Origin: Candidatus Poseidoniaceae archaeon | GTDB lineage: Archaea > Thermoplasmatota > Poseidoniia > Poseidoniales > Poseidoniaceae | Length of the DNA stretch: 64,000 nt | Assembly: GCA_965662895.1 (NCBI GenBank) | Contig: CBFIJH010000005.1 | Coordinates: forward strand, 64,001 to 128,000 | Direction: 5' to 3' | In this document: positions 47,644 to 57,169 of the stretch, one piece after another | Layout: each line of letters starts with the position of its first letter | Position numbering within the stretch: the first letter of the stretch is position 1 | Translations under genes and position numbers: made by a program | The notes under the pieces: model-generated | The model's input: the letters and a program-made list of their open reading frames with translations, nothing else | Told to the model about the DNA's origin: nothing | Databases searched by the model: none

Positions 47644-48255
47644 TCAGATTGGCAGAATGTGACGCATTCGCAACGCTTTTGTTCGCAGATAATTTTTGTT
47701 TTCTGAGCAAAATCCTGCTTTGTGAGATACACGGTCGACAACCGATATGCCGTGCTGTTCGAGTTGCTCGACCTTGTCCGGGTTGTTGGTCATGAGACGA
47801 ACGCTGTCATATCCTATATCAGTGAGGATGTGGGCTGCGATTGTGTAGTCACGGCCATCGGCGGGTAAATTGAGCGCAAGATTAGCATCGAGTGTGTCAA
47901 GCCCACGGTCTTGTAGGTTGTAGGCCTGCATCTTTGCAAATAGTCCAATGCCGCGACCTTCCTGGCGGAGGTAAAGAACGATGCCACGTCCTTCTTTTTG
48001 GATGGTCTTTAATGCACGTTGCAACTGTGGTCCACAATCGCATCGAAGACTTCCAAGAGCGTCTCCAGTTAGGCATTCTGAGTGGATGCGGACAAGAGGG
48101 GGGGTTTGATCGTTCATGTCGCCGTGATAGATGGCTGCGTGTTCGGAGCCATCTTTCGGGTCGATGTATGATCGTATGCGGAACTCACCATACTTCGTGG
48201 GGAGTTTTGCGTCAGCAGGAACTGCCGTAAACTTCTGGTTAGGATTTACCTTCAT
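47644..48255 (-). CDS. ribA: GTP cyclohydrolase II
   Basis: LPT.YG.F, RIHSECLTGD.LGS.RCDCG.QL, YLRQEGRGIGL, LMTNNP.K, N..YL.TK...M.H. Confidence 0.95.
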   Translation of the reverse strand: MKVNPNQKFTAVPADAKLPTKYGEFRIRSYIDPKDGSEHAAIYHGDMNDQTPPLVRIHSECLTGDALGSLRCDCGPQLQRALKTIQKEGRGIVLYLRQEGRGIGLFAKMQAYNLQDRGLDTLDANLALNLPADGRDYTIAAHILTDIGYDSVRLMTNNPDKVEQLEQHGISVVDRVSHKAGFCSENKNYLRTKALRMRHILPI

Positions 48256-48264
48256 GTTTTACTT

Positions 48265-48285
48265 CAACGACGTTGTAGGTATAAA
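48265..48285 (-). promoter_or_regulatory. TATA box (TTTATA, 48285-48280) and downstream palindrome CAACG-A-CGTTG (48265-48275) of the ribA-led operon
   Basis: TATA is 25 nt before ATG 48255; the palindrome sits between TATA and the start. Confidence 0.5.
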
Positions 48286-48362
48286 GGACTGTTTCTGAAC
48301 AAGCCTGTTTGTGCTAATTTGTTAAACGGTCCTTCAAATACCTGTTGTGGATTATTCGGATT

Positions 48363-48860
48363 ATGACTGGCGACTTCGATGTAGGCGTGGCTGCTGCGGT
48401 CACCAACGATTCCGGCATCCTACTGGTCAAAGAATCCAAGGGCCCCTACGCCGGGTTCTGGGGCTTGCCAAAAGGATACGTCGAGCCGAACGAATCGATC
48501 GAATCAGCCGTACTACGGGAACTCAAAGAGGAAACGCACCTCGACGGGAAAATCTCAGGATTCCTTGGCTTAAGAACGACCAAGACAAACAAAGGCGTTG
48601 GTTTGTTTCTCTGCTACAAAATCGAACCAACGAGCACGGAAATCCGACCACAACAGGATGAGATATCCGATGTGAAGTTTTTCAATCTTGAATCCTTTGA
48701 CCAACTCGAATGGGTTTCTGCAGCAATGCGAGGGTTTGCTGAAGTAGCACTCAAAGACACATCGCTCCCCCTTGTCGACCTGAGCCATGAATCAAAGCGC
48801 CCGTATCATCTCGTATTCAGCGATGGGCGTGCAACACTTTTGGATGAGGTGATTCAATGA
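48363..48860 (+). CDS. NUDIX hydrolase
   Basis: Nudix box G.VEPNES...AVLRELKEET. Confidence 0.9.
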   Translation: MTGDFDVGVAAAVTNDSGILLVKESKGPYAGFWGLPKGYVEPNESIESAVLRELKEETHLDGKISGFLGLRTTKTNKGVGLFLCYKIEPTSTEIRPQQDEISDVKFFNLESFDQLEWVSAAMRGFAEVALKDTSLPLVDLSHESKRPYHLVFSDGRATLLDEVIQ

Positions 48861-50347
48861 TTGACGTTCGTCGGATTGATGCCAATGATAAGCCTCTCAA
48901 TCCCGAAGGGACCCATATTGTCTATTGGATGACCAGTGCACGACGGGCACGATGGAATCATGCCCTCGATCACGCCATCGAACTTGCCAATGAACACAAT
49001 GTTCCACTCCTAGTCGTCGAATGTCTGGCGCTTGGGCACCGATGGGCAAACGATCGCATACACACCTTCGTTTTGCAGGGAATGATTGACAACAGAAAGC
49101 TGTTCGAATCGAGTGCTGTAACGTATGTCCCTTACGTCGAGACCAAGAAAGCCCAAGCCGGAGGTCTACTGCAATCCTTCTCCGAAGATGCAGTCGCCGT
49201 CGTCATCGACTATTTCCCGACCTACATGCCCCGCGATGTTGCCCAGCGAGCCAAGGATTTAGCCAAATGCTCGGTCCAATGCATCGACAGCAACGGAATC
49301 GTTCCTCTGGCGGCTCCTCAACGCTCTTTCTCAACGGCACATTCCTTCCGCCGATACATCCACAAGAATGTCCTCAACTACATCGCAAGTCCGCCACACT
49401 CCGAACCTCTCAAGCACCTGAAGGATGTACCTAACGGTACGAACATCGTTAAGGAATGCTTTGAGCGCGTCGATGTTCCCTTAACACCGCTCGAGTTTAT
49501 TTGGAGAGTTTCAGAAGCCTCACGAGAAGGACGAGAAGCCCTCGCTGTATTGGACATCGATCACGAAGTTCCACCAGTCGACGAACGACGTGGAGGCTCG
49601 GTTACAGCTCGTACAGAACTCAAGAAATTCATCGAGCAGAAACTTGAATCGTATCACGTTGATCGTAATCACCCGGAGCGTTCTGGAGGAAGTGGCTTGT
49701 CTCCATGGCTCCACTATGGTCACATTTCGACGTTCGAAATCATCCATGAAGTGCTCGATTCACAGGGTTGGAATCCAATGAAAATCACACCACCGCACAA
49801 CGGTCGTCGGGCCGGTTGGTGGGGTATGAGCGAAGGTGCTGAAGCCTTTTTGGACCAGGTCATCACATGGAGAGAACTTGGATTTGTTTACTGTCATGAA
49901 CATCCGGATCACACCGCTTACGGCACGCTTCCAGAATGGGCCAAAGCCACGCTTGAGGAACACGAGAATGACGAACGGCCCTACATCTACACCTTCGAGC
50001 AGTTGGAACGTGGTGAAACGCATGACCCGTTGTGGAATGCAGCACAAATTCAACTTCGCAAAGATGGAATCATTCACAACTACCTCCGAATGCTATGGGG
50101 TAAGAAGGTGTTGGAATGGTGTCCCGATCCGGAAACTGCATGCAAGTGGTTGATTCGTCTCAATGATCGCTGGGCCCTCGACGGACGAGATCCGAACTCC
50201 TACACTGGCATCTTCTGGATTTTCGGTCGCTTCGACCGAGGATGGTTCGAACGCTCCGTCTTTGGAAAGGTACGGTACATGACATCCGCATCAACCCAAC
50301 GTAAGTTCAAAACTGAGGATTATATACGAAAATACGCGGATTCTTAA
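48857..50347 (+). CDS. phr: Class II-type deoxyribodipyrimidine (CPD) photolyase
   Basis: VYWM..ARR..WN.AL, SGLSPWLHYGHIS, WREL, THD.LWNAAQ, HNYLRMLWGKKVLEW, LND...LDGRDPNSY, R.VFGKVRYM. Confidence 0.9.
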   Translation: MIDVRRIDANDKPLNPEGTHIVYWMTSARRARWNHALDHAIELANEHNVPLLVVECLALGHRWANDRIHTFVLQGMIDNRKLFESSAVTYVPYVETKKAQAGGLLQSFSEDAVAVVIDYFPTYMPRDVAQRAKDLAKCSVQCIDSNGIVPLAAPQRSFSTAHSFRRYIHKNVLNYIASPPHSEPLKHLKDVPNGTNIVKECFERVDVPLTPLEFIWRVSEASREGREALAVLDIDHEVPPVDERRGGSVTARTELKKFIEQKLESYHVDRNHPERSGGSGLSPWLHYGHISTFEIIHEVLDSQGWNPMKITPPHNGRRAGWWGMSEGAEAFLDQVITWRELGFVYCHEHPDHTAYGTLPEWAKATLEEHENDERPYIYTFEQLERGETHDPLWNAAQIQLRKDGIIHNYLRMLWGKKVLEWCPDPETACKWLIRLNDRWALDGRDPNSYTGIFWIFGRFDRGWFERSVFGKVRYMTSASTQRKFKTEDYIRKYADS

Positions 50348-50356
50348 CATTAGGAG

Positions 50357-51754
50357 ATGCGTATGCCGATTTTTGAACACACCGCAACCTTTCCATTTTC
50401 TCGTCAAACCGTCTGGGATTGGCATGCTCGACCCGGAGCTGTTCGCCGCATCATGCCGGATTGGGAAGGAATCCGTCCTGTTGAAGTCGGTGGAATTACC
50501 GATGGAGCCATCACCGAATTTCGAATGAAAATTGGTATTGTGCCACAACGATGGGTGGCAAAACATCACGGTTACATGGAAGGCGAACAATTCTGTGATG
50601 ATATGGTGAAGGGTCCTTTCGGGCGCTGGAATCATGTCCACAAATTCGTTGAGAACAACGAAAATGAAATGCAAATTCACGACCGTATCGATTGGAAATT
50701 ACCGTTTCATTTCTTTACCCGAATTGGTGCTCCAATCATGGTCATGCCCCGTGTCAATCAAATGTTCAAGCATCGTTCGCGACGCATTCTTGCGGATTTA
50801 AATCGCCAACAGATGTTCAAAGATGCACCACGAAAAAGAATTCTCATTACTGGCTCGACAGGTCTCATTGGAACACAACTAGGGGCATTTCTTGAGACCG
50901 ACGGTCATGATGTCCATCGACTCTTGCGGCCGAGTACACGACTCCACGCCGATCAGGATTCAACAAAGGTTGTCAAATGGAACGATCGAACCGGAGAAGT
51001 TACGCAAGGTTCGCTTGAAGACTTCGACGTCGTGATTCACCTTGCCGGTGCTGGAATTGGGGAGAAACGCTGGAGTAAGAAACGAAAGAAACTCATTTCT
51101 GAAAGTCGCGAAATCCCAACACGTCATCTTTCCAATGCTTTGGCGGAACTAAAATCACCTCCATCGCTGTTCATTTGTGCTTCCGCAGTTGGGTTTTACG
51201 ACAATCGAGGCGATGAAGACCTTGACGAAAACAGTAGCATCGGCGAAGGCTTCCTCGCTCGGATTTGTAAGAAGTGGGAAGATGCCACTGAACCTGCTGT
51301 GAATGCTGGCATCCGGACAATTTTGATGCGAACTGGGATCGTTACCACGGCGGCAGGTGGTATGCTTCAACAGATTCTCTTGCCTGCAAAATTCGGCGCT
51401 TTGGGTCCCATAGGTGGCGGTCGCCAATGGCAATCATGGATTTCTTTGGACGACCAAATCTATGCAATTCATTTCCTTATGAACCATGAAACTGCAAGTG
51501 GAGTTATCAATCTCACTGCTCCAAACCCGGTCACACAGAAACAATTTGCAAAGACACTTGGGAAGGTTTTACGACGTCCAGCATTTGCTCCAGCACCTGG
51601 ATTTGTCATGAAAATTCTCTTTGGTGAGATGGGGAAATCGCTTATTCTGGATGGGCAAAAAGTCCATCCGAAGCGACTGTTGAATTTGGGATACAAATTT
51701 GAACATGAAACGCTCGAACCAGCGCTTCGTGATGCTTTAGGACGGTTCAATTAA
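50357..51754 (+). CDS. SRPBCC domain fused to a TIGR01777-family NAD-dependent oxidoreductase
   Basis: N-terminal WH.RPGA, F.D.M..GPF..W.H.H; then ITGSTGLIG, HLAGA.I, ASAVGFY, FLA..C..WE, G.G.QW.SWI, GQKV.P..L...GY.F. Confidence 0.9.
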   Translation: MRMPIFEHTATFPFSRQTVWDWHARPGAVRRIMPDWEGIRPVEVGGITDGAITEFRMKIGIVPQRWVAKHHGYMEGEQFCDDMVKGPFGRWNHVHKFVENNENEMQIHDRIDWKLPFHFFTRIGAPIMVMPRVNQMFKHRSRRILADLNRQQMFKDAPRKRILITGSTGLIGTQLGAFLETDGHDVHRLLRPSTRLHADQDSTKVVKWNDRTGEVTQGSLEDFDVVIHLAGAGIGEKRWSKKRKKLISESREIPTRHLSNALAELKSPPSLFICASAVGFYDNRGDEDLDENSSIGEGFLARICKKWEDATEPAVNAGIRTILMRTGIVTTAAGGMLQQILLPAKFGALGPIGGGRQWQSWISLDDQIYAIHFLMNHETASGVINLTAPNPVTQKQFAKTLGKVLRRPAFAPAPGFVMKILFGEMGKSLILDGQKVHPKRLLNLGYKFEHETLEPALRDALGRFN

Positions 51755-51779
51755 TCGTCGCTTTGTTCATAACCGGTAC

Positions 51780-54326
51780 ATGTCATGGGCGAACATGCTC
51801 GGGCGCAGCATTGCGATTGGCATTTTTGCCTTGCTCCTGCTCTCGATTGTACCATCCGTCCAAGCAGATGACAGTCAGGCATCATCAAATTTGCTCACTG
51901 ACGGCGTGTCATCAAACGGTTACGTTTGCGATCCAGACGGTTGTTCCCCGAACGATGGGACCGACTGGTGGCGGATTGATGCGTACAAGGGCGATATTGT
52001 GAGCATCACATTTTCTGGCTCGATGAGCAATGCTGCATGGTGGTGTCCTGGCGACGGTTGGGAAGGTGATTTTTCGATGCACGATGAGAGTGGCAGTCAA
52101 ATTGCTTCCATGGGTCGCAGCGATGACAATCCTTCCGGAACGCTTTCGAAAACCATGTCACAACCTGGCTCAGTTTACGTGAAAATCAAAGCGAAGAACT
52201 CATGGTGCAATGATGGATTTGATTACACGTTGCTCGCCTCCATCGATAAGACCGATCGAGACACAGATGAGGATGGCTTTGTTGACGCTGATGATGATTG
52301 CGATATCATCGTCGGGACATCCACCAACGATCGAAAAGGCTGCATTGATTCTGATTCTGATGGATGGTCCGACACAGATTCGGGATGGGATGTTCAAAAC
52401 GGTGCGGATGCGTTTGAATCCGATCCGACACAATGGAGAGACCGTGATTTTGATGGGTATGGTGACAACATACTCGGAAATCAACCCGATCACTGTCCCG
52501 ATAGCCGTGGTTACTCAACATCCGATCGGTACGGCTGCATTGATTCAGATGGTGACTCATACTCGGATGCGGACCCGGGAGGGTTGGACGGTTTGGAACC
52601 TTGGTTTGCCCATCCCGATGGCTTTGCTGATGCGTTCCCGTTCGAATCGACGCAATGGCACGATACAGACGGTGATGGCTACGGCGACAATTGGGAGGAT
52701 CCCATGTGGAATGAATCCCACACGGATTGGGGGATAGGCCAGTGGCTTGAAATTGCCAATCAACCGGATGCCTGTCCATTCATTACGGGTACTTCCTTCG
52801 CAGATCGATACGGTTGTCCCGATGCGGATGGTGACGCTTGGTCAGATCCAGGTGAAAATTGGACCTCCGTTGAAGGCGCAGATGCGTTCCCGCTCGAACC
52901 AACGCAATGGCGTGACAGAGATTTTGACGGGTATGGTGACAATCAGTCCGAAGGTGCACGACTCATCGATGATTTCCCAGACAACCCAACCCAATTCAGA
53001 GATTCGGATTTTGACGGATGGGGTGACAATCAAACGTATGGAGCTACCCAAATCGATGACTTCCCTATGGTTCCGAGTCAGTATCGTGATTCGGATGGTG
53101 ATGGCTACGGTGACAACATCAGCGGTTTCGAGGGTGACGTCTGCGTGAACTCAAATGCTGAAGAAGTCGAGAGTGGATGGATTTCAAGGTTTGACCGTTT
53201 GGGCTGTCGTGACGTTGACAGCGATGGTTATTCTGATCCAAGCGATGATTGGATTTCTCACCCACAAGGATTTGCCGACGCTTTCCCAAATGACGCTTCT
53301 CAGTGGTTCGACACCGACAATGATGGGTTTGGTGATAATACGGAGTATTTCGATGGACTTGCTTGGCGCCTCGCTTACAGAGGAGATGGCTGTCGAACAA
53401 CCTACGGGCTCTCAACTTTCGACCGATGGGGTTGTCCTGATTCGGATGAGGATGGGTGGTCCGATCCAACTCCGTACTGGCTTGCGAGTCCGGGTGGTAT
53501 GGGTGATGCGTGGCCTGAAGATTCTACGCAATGGCACGATCGAGATGGAGACGGTCGAGGAGACAATCCTTCCGGAACGAAAGCGGATGTGTGTCCTTCT
53601 GAGCCAGGAACCTCGGTCGGACCGAGTTCCGGTGGTGATAGATGGGGATGTCCGGACACCGATGGTGATGGATGGTCGAATCTTGGAGATGCTTTCATCC
53701 ATGAGCCAACGCAATGGCGGGATACGGATGGAGACGGATACGGGGATGAAGTTGATGGCAATGAACCAGATGCTTGCCCCACGATACGCGGGACCTCGAT
53801 TCTCGACCGGTTTGGTTGTCGTGACACCGACGGAGATGGTTGGTCTGACCCAACCGATGATTGGGATGCACACCCCTACGGCCGAGCGGATGCTTTTCCA
53901 ACCGAAGCGTTGCAATGGAAAGACACGGATGCAGATGGATTCGGTGATGTTCCACTTGGTGCTCTTCGGGATGACTGTCCAGAAGACTTCGGTACCTCTG
54001 TGCGCGATCTGCAAGGATGCGAAGACAACAACGGTGATGGTTGGTCGAACGAATACGGTGAGTGGAATGCTGCACTTGCCATCATGGGTGAAGATCCGGC
54101 TGCATCTTGGCTGACGTATCTCATCGTTGGAATTTCCTTCATTCTTGGCGCATCGGCGGCTCTTGTTGTTCGAACCATGCGTACAGAAGATGAGAAGATG
54201 CTGACGGAAGACTTGCTGGACATAGGGGGAATCGTGCAACAGTCATCTCCTGAACCAAATCCAACGCAACTTCCAGATTTGGCCATACCTCTACCACCGC
54301 CTCCGGGAGGTGACCATGATGCGTAA
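51780..54326 (+). CDS. Surface protein: PPC-like head, TSP3 repeat stalk, TM, Pro-rich tail
   Basis: Signal peptide; D.W.I....GD...I head; many D.D.DG.GDN / DAFP.E.TQW units; tail IPLPPPPGG. Confidence 0.85.
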   Translation: MSWANMLGRSIAIGIFALLLLSIVPSVQADDSQASSNLLTDGVSSNGYVCDPDGCSPNDGTDWWRIDAYKGDIVSITFSGSMSNAAWWCPGDGWEGDFSMHDESGSQIASMGRSDDNPSGTLSKTMSQPGSVYVKIKAKNSWCNDGFDYTLLASIDKTDRDTDEDGFVDADDDCDIIVGTSTNDRKGCIDSDSDGWSDTDSGWDVQNGADAFESDPTQWRDRDFDGYGDNILGNQPDHCPDSRGYSTSDRYGCIDSDGDSYSDADPGGLDGLEPWFAHPDGFADAFPFESTQWHDTDGDGYGDNWEDPMWNESHTDWGIGQWLEIANQPDACPFITGTSFADRYGCPDADGDAWSDPGENWTSVEGADAFPLEPTQWRDRDFDGYGDNQSEGARLIDDFPDNPTQFRDSDFDGWGDNQTYGATQIDDFPMVPSQYRDSDGDGYGDNISGFEGDVCVNSNAEEVESGWISRFDRLGCRDVDSDGYSDPSDDWISHPQGFADAFPNDASQWFDTDNDGFGDNTEYFDGLAWRLAYRGDGCRTTYGLSTFDRWGCPDSDEDGWSDPTPYWLASPGGMGDAWPEDSTQWHDRDGDGRGDNPSGTKADVCPSEPGTSVGPSSGGDRWGCPDTDGDGWSNLGDAFIHEPTQWRDTDGDGYGDEVDGNEPDACPTIRGTSILDRFGCRDTDGDGWSDPTDDWDAHPYGRADAFPTEALQWKDTDADGFGDVPLGALRDDCPEDFGTSVRDLQGCEDNNGDGWSNEYGEWNAALAIMGEDPAASWLTYLIVGISFILGASAALVVRTMRTEDEKMLTEDLLDIGGIVQQSSPEPNPTQLPDLAIPLPPPPGGDHDA

Positions 54327-55605
54327 GATTCCGTTCTTCCTCGTGTTGCTGTTCCTTTTCCCTGCCGCAAGTACAATGAATGTCAGCGCTGAGGCTGACG
54401 CTGGTCTCGAAGAGTTGGGCATTGCAATGGTTGCCCTCCGAAACGACACGCTCGACTTGAATCAAGATGGTGATGTTGATGCAGTTCGTGTGGTTGTTAT
54501 CCTCAATTCCACAATGGAGTCGATTTACATCGATGTCCGATTGATTGCAACGCACAACGATCGAGAAGTTATCGAGTCATCAACCATTGAAGTGATCGGT
54601 CAGACCAATGCAAGTCTGACGTACGATGCATGGTCGCGAGGTGAACATGAGCTCTTGTTGGGTTTCTATGATATGAACGGGGCAGAAATTTCGATGATTG
54701 AACTACCGACCTATGAAATGGTTCCAGCATTGCAGACGCCGATGCTCTCTCTCCAATTGAATGGGAACATGAATTTGCAAACAGGTTCAAGTTGCGAGAT
54801 TACTCGAATGTTTGCAGATGAAACCGGCCCACGATATGGTGCCATTGGAACATTGACCTTCACTGGTGCCCCCTTCATCGTTCTCGATAATGCTACCAAC
54901 ATCGATTGCTCAAGTTGGCCCGCTGGCGAATATTTGCTCCGTGAAACTTATCGAAACGAACTTGGTCAAACTGCTGAAACATCGCTCAATCTGACCATCG
55001 AAAATCGACCCGCACCCGCCTTCGATTTGGTCGTTACGGGCGATGGATTGACAACCGACAGGTCGTGTTTGGTCGCACTGCAACCCGTCGATTCGAATGA
55101 AGATTTTGAACAGTACACCAAGGAATGGGATGTCTCAACCACGTCGATGACTGGTGATGGAGCCGTCTACGACTGTTCGAGTCTACCTGCTGGTGTTCAT
55201 CTCATTGTTCTCAAAGTCACCAACCTAGAAAACATCGCAAGTACGCAAGCTGTCAACATCGTCCGATTGCCCGCTGATGAACTGACTGCTGAAGAACAGG
55301 AAACACTCCCCAGTCAATCGTTTGGTGAGGATACGGCAACCGAACAAGTTGGTTGGTACACCATTGGCGTACTCGGATTACTTGTTGCGATCGCCGTTTT
55401 TGTACTTCTGGTTCGAATTCGTGAGGATGATGACCTTCTCTCTTTGCCTGAGCTTGGACCGGCTCCGCAGATTCTGAACGATGGATCACCCGACCCTGAA
55501 GGATTGCCTACGGTCGTTGATGATGATGGGCAATTATGGCGAAAGCATCCAGACGGTTCACTTGATTGGTGGGATACAACCTACAACATTTGGCAGAAGT
55601 GGTGA
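54316..55605 (+). CDS. Surface protein with TM anchor and Trp-rich cytoplasmic module
   Basis: GGAGGTG ribosome-binding site; signal peptide; DLNQDGD Ca motif; Ig-like segments; tail DDDGQLWRKHPDGSLDWWD...WQKW. Confidence 0.8.
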   Translation: MMRKIPFFLVLLFLFPAASTMNVSAEADAGLEELGIAMVALRNDTLDLNQDGDVDAVRVVVILNSTMESIYIDVRLIATHNDREVIESSTIEVIGQTNASLTYDAWSRGEHELLLGFYDMNGAEISMIELPTYEMVPALQTPMLSLQLNGNMNLQTGSSCEITRMFADETGPRYGAIGTLTFTGAPFIVLDNATNIDCSSWPAGEYLLRETYRNELGQTAETSLNLTIENRPAPAFDLVVTGDGLTTDRSCLVALQPVDSNEDFEQYTKEWDVSTTSMTGDGAVYDCSSLPAGVHLIVLKVTNLENIASTQAVNIVRLPADELTAEEQETLPSQSFGEDTATEQVGWYTIGVLGLLVAIAVFVLLVRIREDDDLLSLPELGPAPQILNDGSPDPEGLPTVVDDDGQLWRKHPDGSLDWWDTTYNIWQKW

Positions 55606-56483
55606 TTGAATTGGCAACGTGGTTGACGTATGTTCTTCTCTCCTTTGTTGTTCTTCTCGTTCTGCTTGTCTTGAATGGTGTTTGGATTTGGTGGACTCGA
55701 ATCCGACCACGACAGCCAAAATTGAATGCAAACTGGGCTTCGGATTGTGAACTCACAACAAGTGCAGTGTTCCATGAATCGCAAATCACGTTCCGCAATG
55801 TCCGAGATTTTCACTGGAGGACAACAAAAGATCGTGATGAGAAATGGGCCGATGAGGTCACAGTCGATTCAACAAAGGTGAAACACATCTGGTTTGTGGT
55901 CGACCAATTCCACTCGTTTCGTGGTTTATCGCACACATATCTAACGTTCGAATTTTTGGACGGGACGTGTCTTTCATTCTCCTTTGAAACTCGCCGTGAG
56001 CGCGGGAAGCGTTACCATCCTTGGACAGGGCTTTGGCGTTCCTATGAGTTGTACTTACTCGTTGGTTTTGAGCGAGATGTGACCCAGTTGCGCACGCACG
56101 GGCGTGACAACATCGTATCGATGTATCGTGTGATTACGCCGCCTGACAAAGATCGACAAATGATTGTTCAAATGGCTCATAGATTGAATCAACTTGCTGA
56201 ACGCGCAGAATTTTATCATACGCTTTTCAAAACCTGCAATACTTCAATTGTGAGGGCAGTGAACACGGTCACGCCTGGTCGAATTCCGTTTTTATGGCGT
56301 AATTTCCTTCCGGGGTATACGCCAAAAGCTGCTCTCAAACTCAATTTGGTTGAAGACTGGGGTGGGCTTGAAGCCACGATGGAACGTTCTCGAATCGATC
56401 AACATGCCAAAGATTGGGACGGTGTGAGCGATTACAGTGCGTTCATTCGCTCCGCACTACCTCCATCACCTTTGGACGAGTAA
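55602..56483 (+). CDS. DUF4105-family protein
   Basis: GTGA overlap; N-terminal TM; NVRDF.W, HT.L.F.F, S.E.R.E, ERD...LRT, EFY.TL..TC. Confidence 0.8.
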   Translation: MIELATWLTYVLLSFVVLLVLLVLNGVWIWWTRIRPRQPKLNANWASDCELTTSAVFHESQITFRNVRDFHWRTTKDRDEKWADEVTVDSTKVKHIWFVVDQFHSFRGLSHTYLTFEFLDGTCLSFSFETRRERGKRYHPWTGLWRSYELYLLVGFERDVTQLRTHGRDNIVSMYRVITPPDKDRQMIVQMAHRLNQLAERAEFYHTLFKTCNTSIVRAVNTVTPGRIPFLWRNFLPGYTPKAALKLNLVEDWGGLEATMERSRIDQHAKDWDGVSDYSAFIRSALPPSPLDE

Positions 56484-57089
56484 CAACAAGTCACCGTCTT
56501 TTGCTGATACGGTGATACTTGACTCAATTGCCGTATTCGAAACACCTCGAGTTCCAGTGACGAGGGTCGCATCCTCAAGCGAATATTGACAACCAATCAG
56601 ACACACACCCGTTACTTTTCCAAATGGAATCAAACTCACAAGACAGCCTGGTTGAACGGCTATTTGTTCTGGATGAGCGGAAACTCGTCGTGCCACCCAT
56701 CCGTTGAGGAGGATGGTAGCAGAACTTTTGTGCTCAAACAATGAGGAATAAGCTGCAAGGTGGTGATCGTATCGTCCGATCTCAACACCCACAATGCTTA
56801 CTTCCGCTGTCGAGTCATGCTGTTCAATCCAACGCAAGCCCTTTGAGATGTCGCTGCGTTCTTGATTGGAATCGTGAATGATTTGTGCACCTTTGTTCCG
56901 GCAATGCGCCAAGGTTTCTGGTGCAATGCTGTCCATGTCGCCAACAACGACATCCGGCACTATACCACGTTCGAGGAGGCGGTTTGAGGCTCCATCAAGT
57001 GCGATAAGAGTGGAATAATTGGGAAGCTCTCTCTCAAGATTGAATGATTCGGGCCACGCACCGTTGGCGATGATGAGTACCCGTGCCAT
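56466..57089 (-). CDS. thiN: Thiamine pyrophosphokinase
   Basis: IANG, A.DGA, PD.VVGD.DS, Q..SD..K, GR.DH, SLIP, G..Y.L, GVSN. Confidence 0.9.
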   Translation of the reverse strand: MARVLIIANGAWPESFNLERELPNYSTLIALDGASNRLLERGIVPDVVVGDMDSIAPETLAHCRNKGAQIIHDSNQERSDISKGLRWIEQHDSTAEVSIVGVEIGRYDHHLAAYSSLFEHKSSATILLNGWVARRVSAHPEQIAVQPGCLVSLIPFGKVTGVCLIGCQYSLEDATLVTGTRGVSNTAIESSITVSAKDGDLLLLVQR

Positions 57090-57169
57090 GTTCCGTCCAT
57101 TGAAGACTGATTCTTGACATCATGGGTCATATTGAATCAACAAATTGCAACGCAAAGTCTGACAATGGT

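Noticed and set aside
52250-54060. Periodic DNA repeats as a possible CRISPR array or DGR template
   Set aside because: Degenerate in-frame protein repeats. No identical repeat-spacer pattern, and no cas or reverse transcriptase genes.
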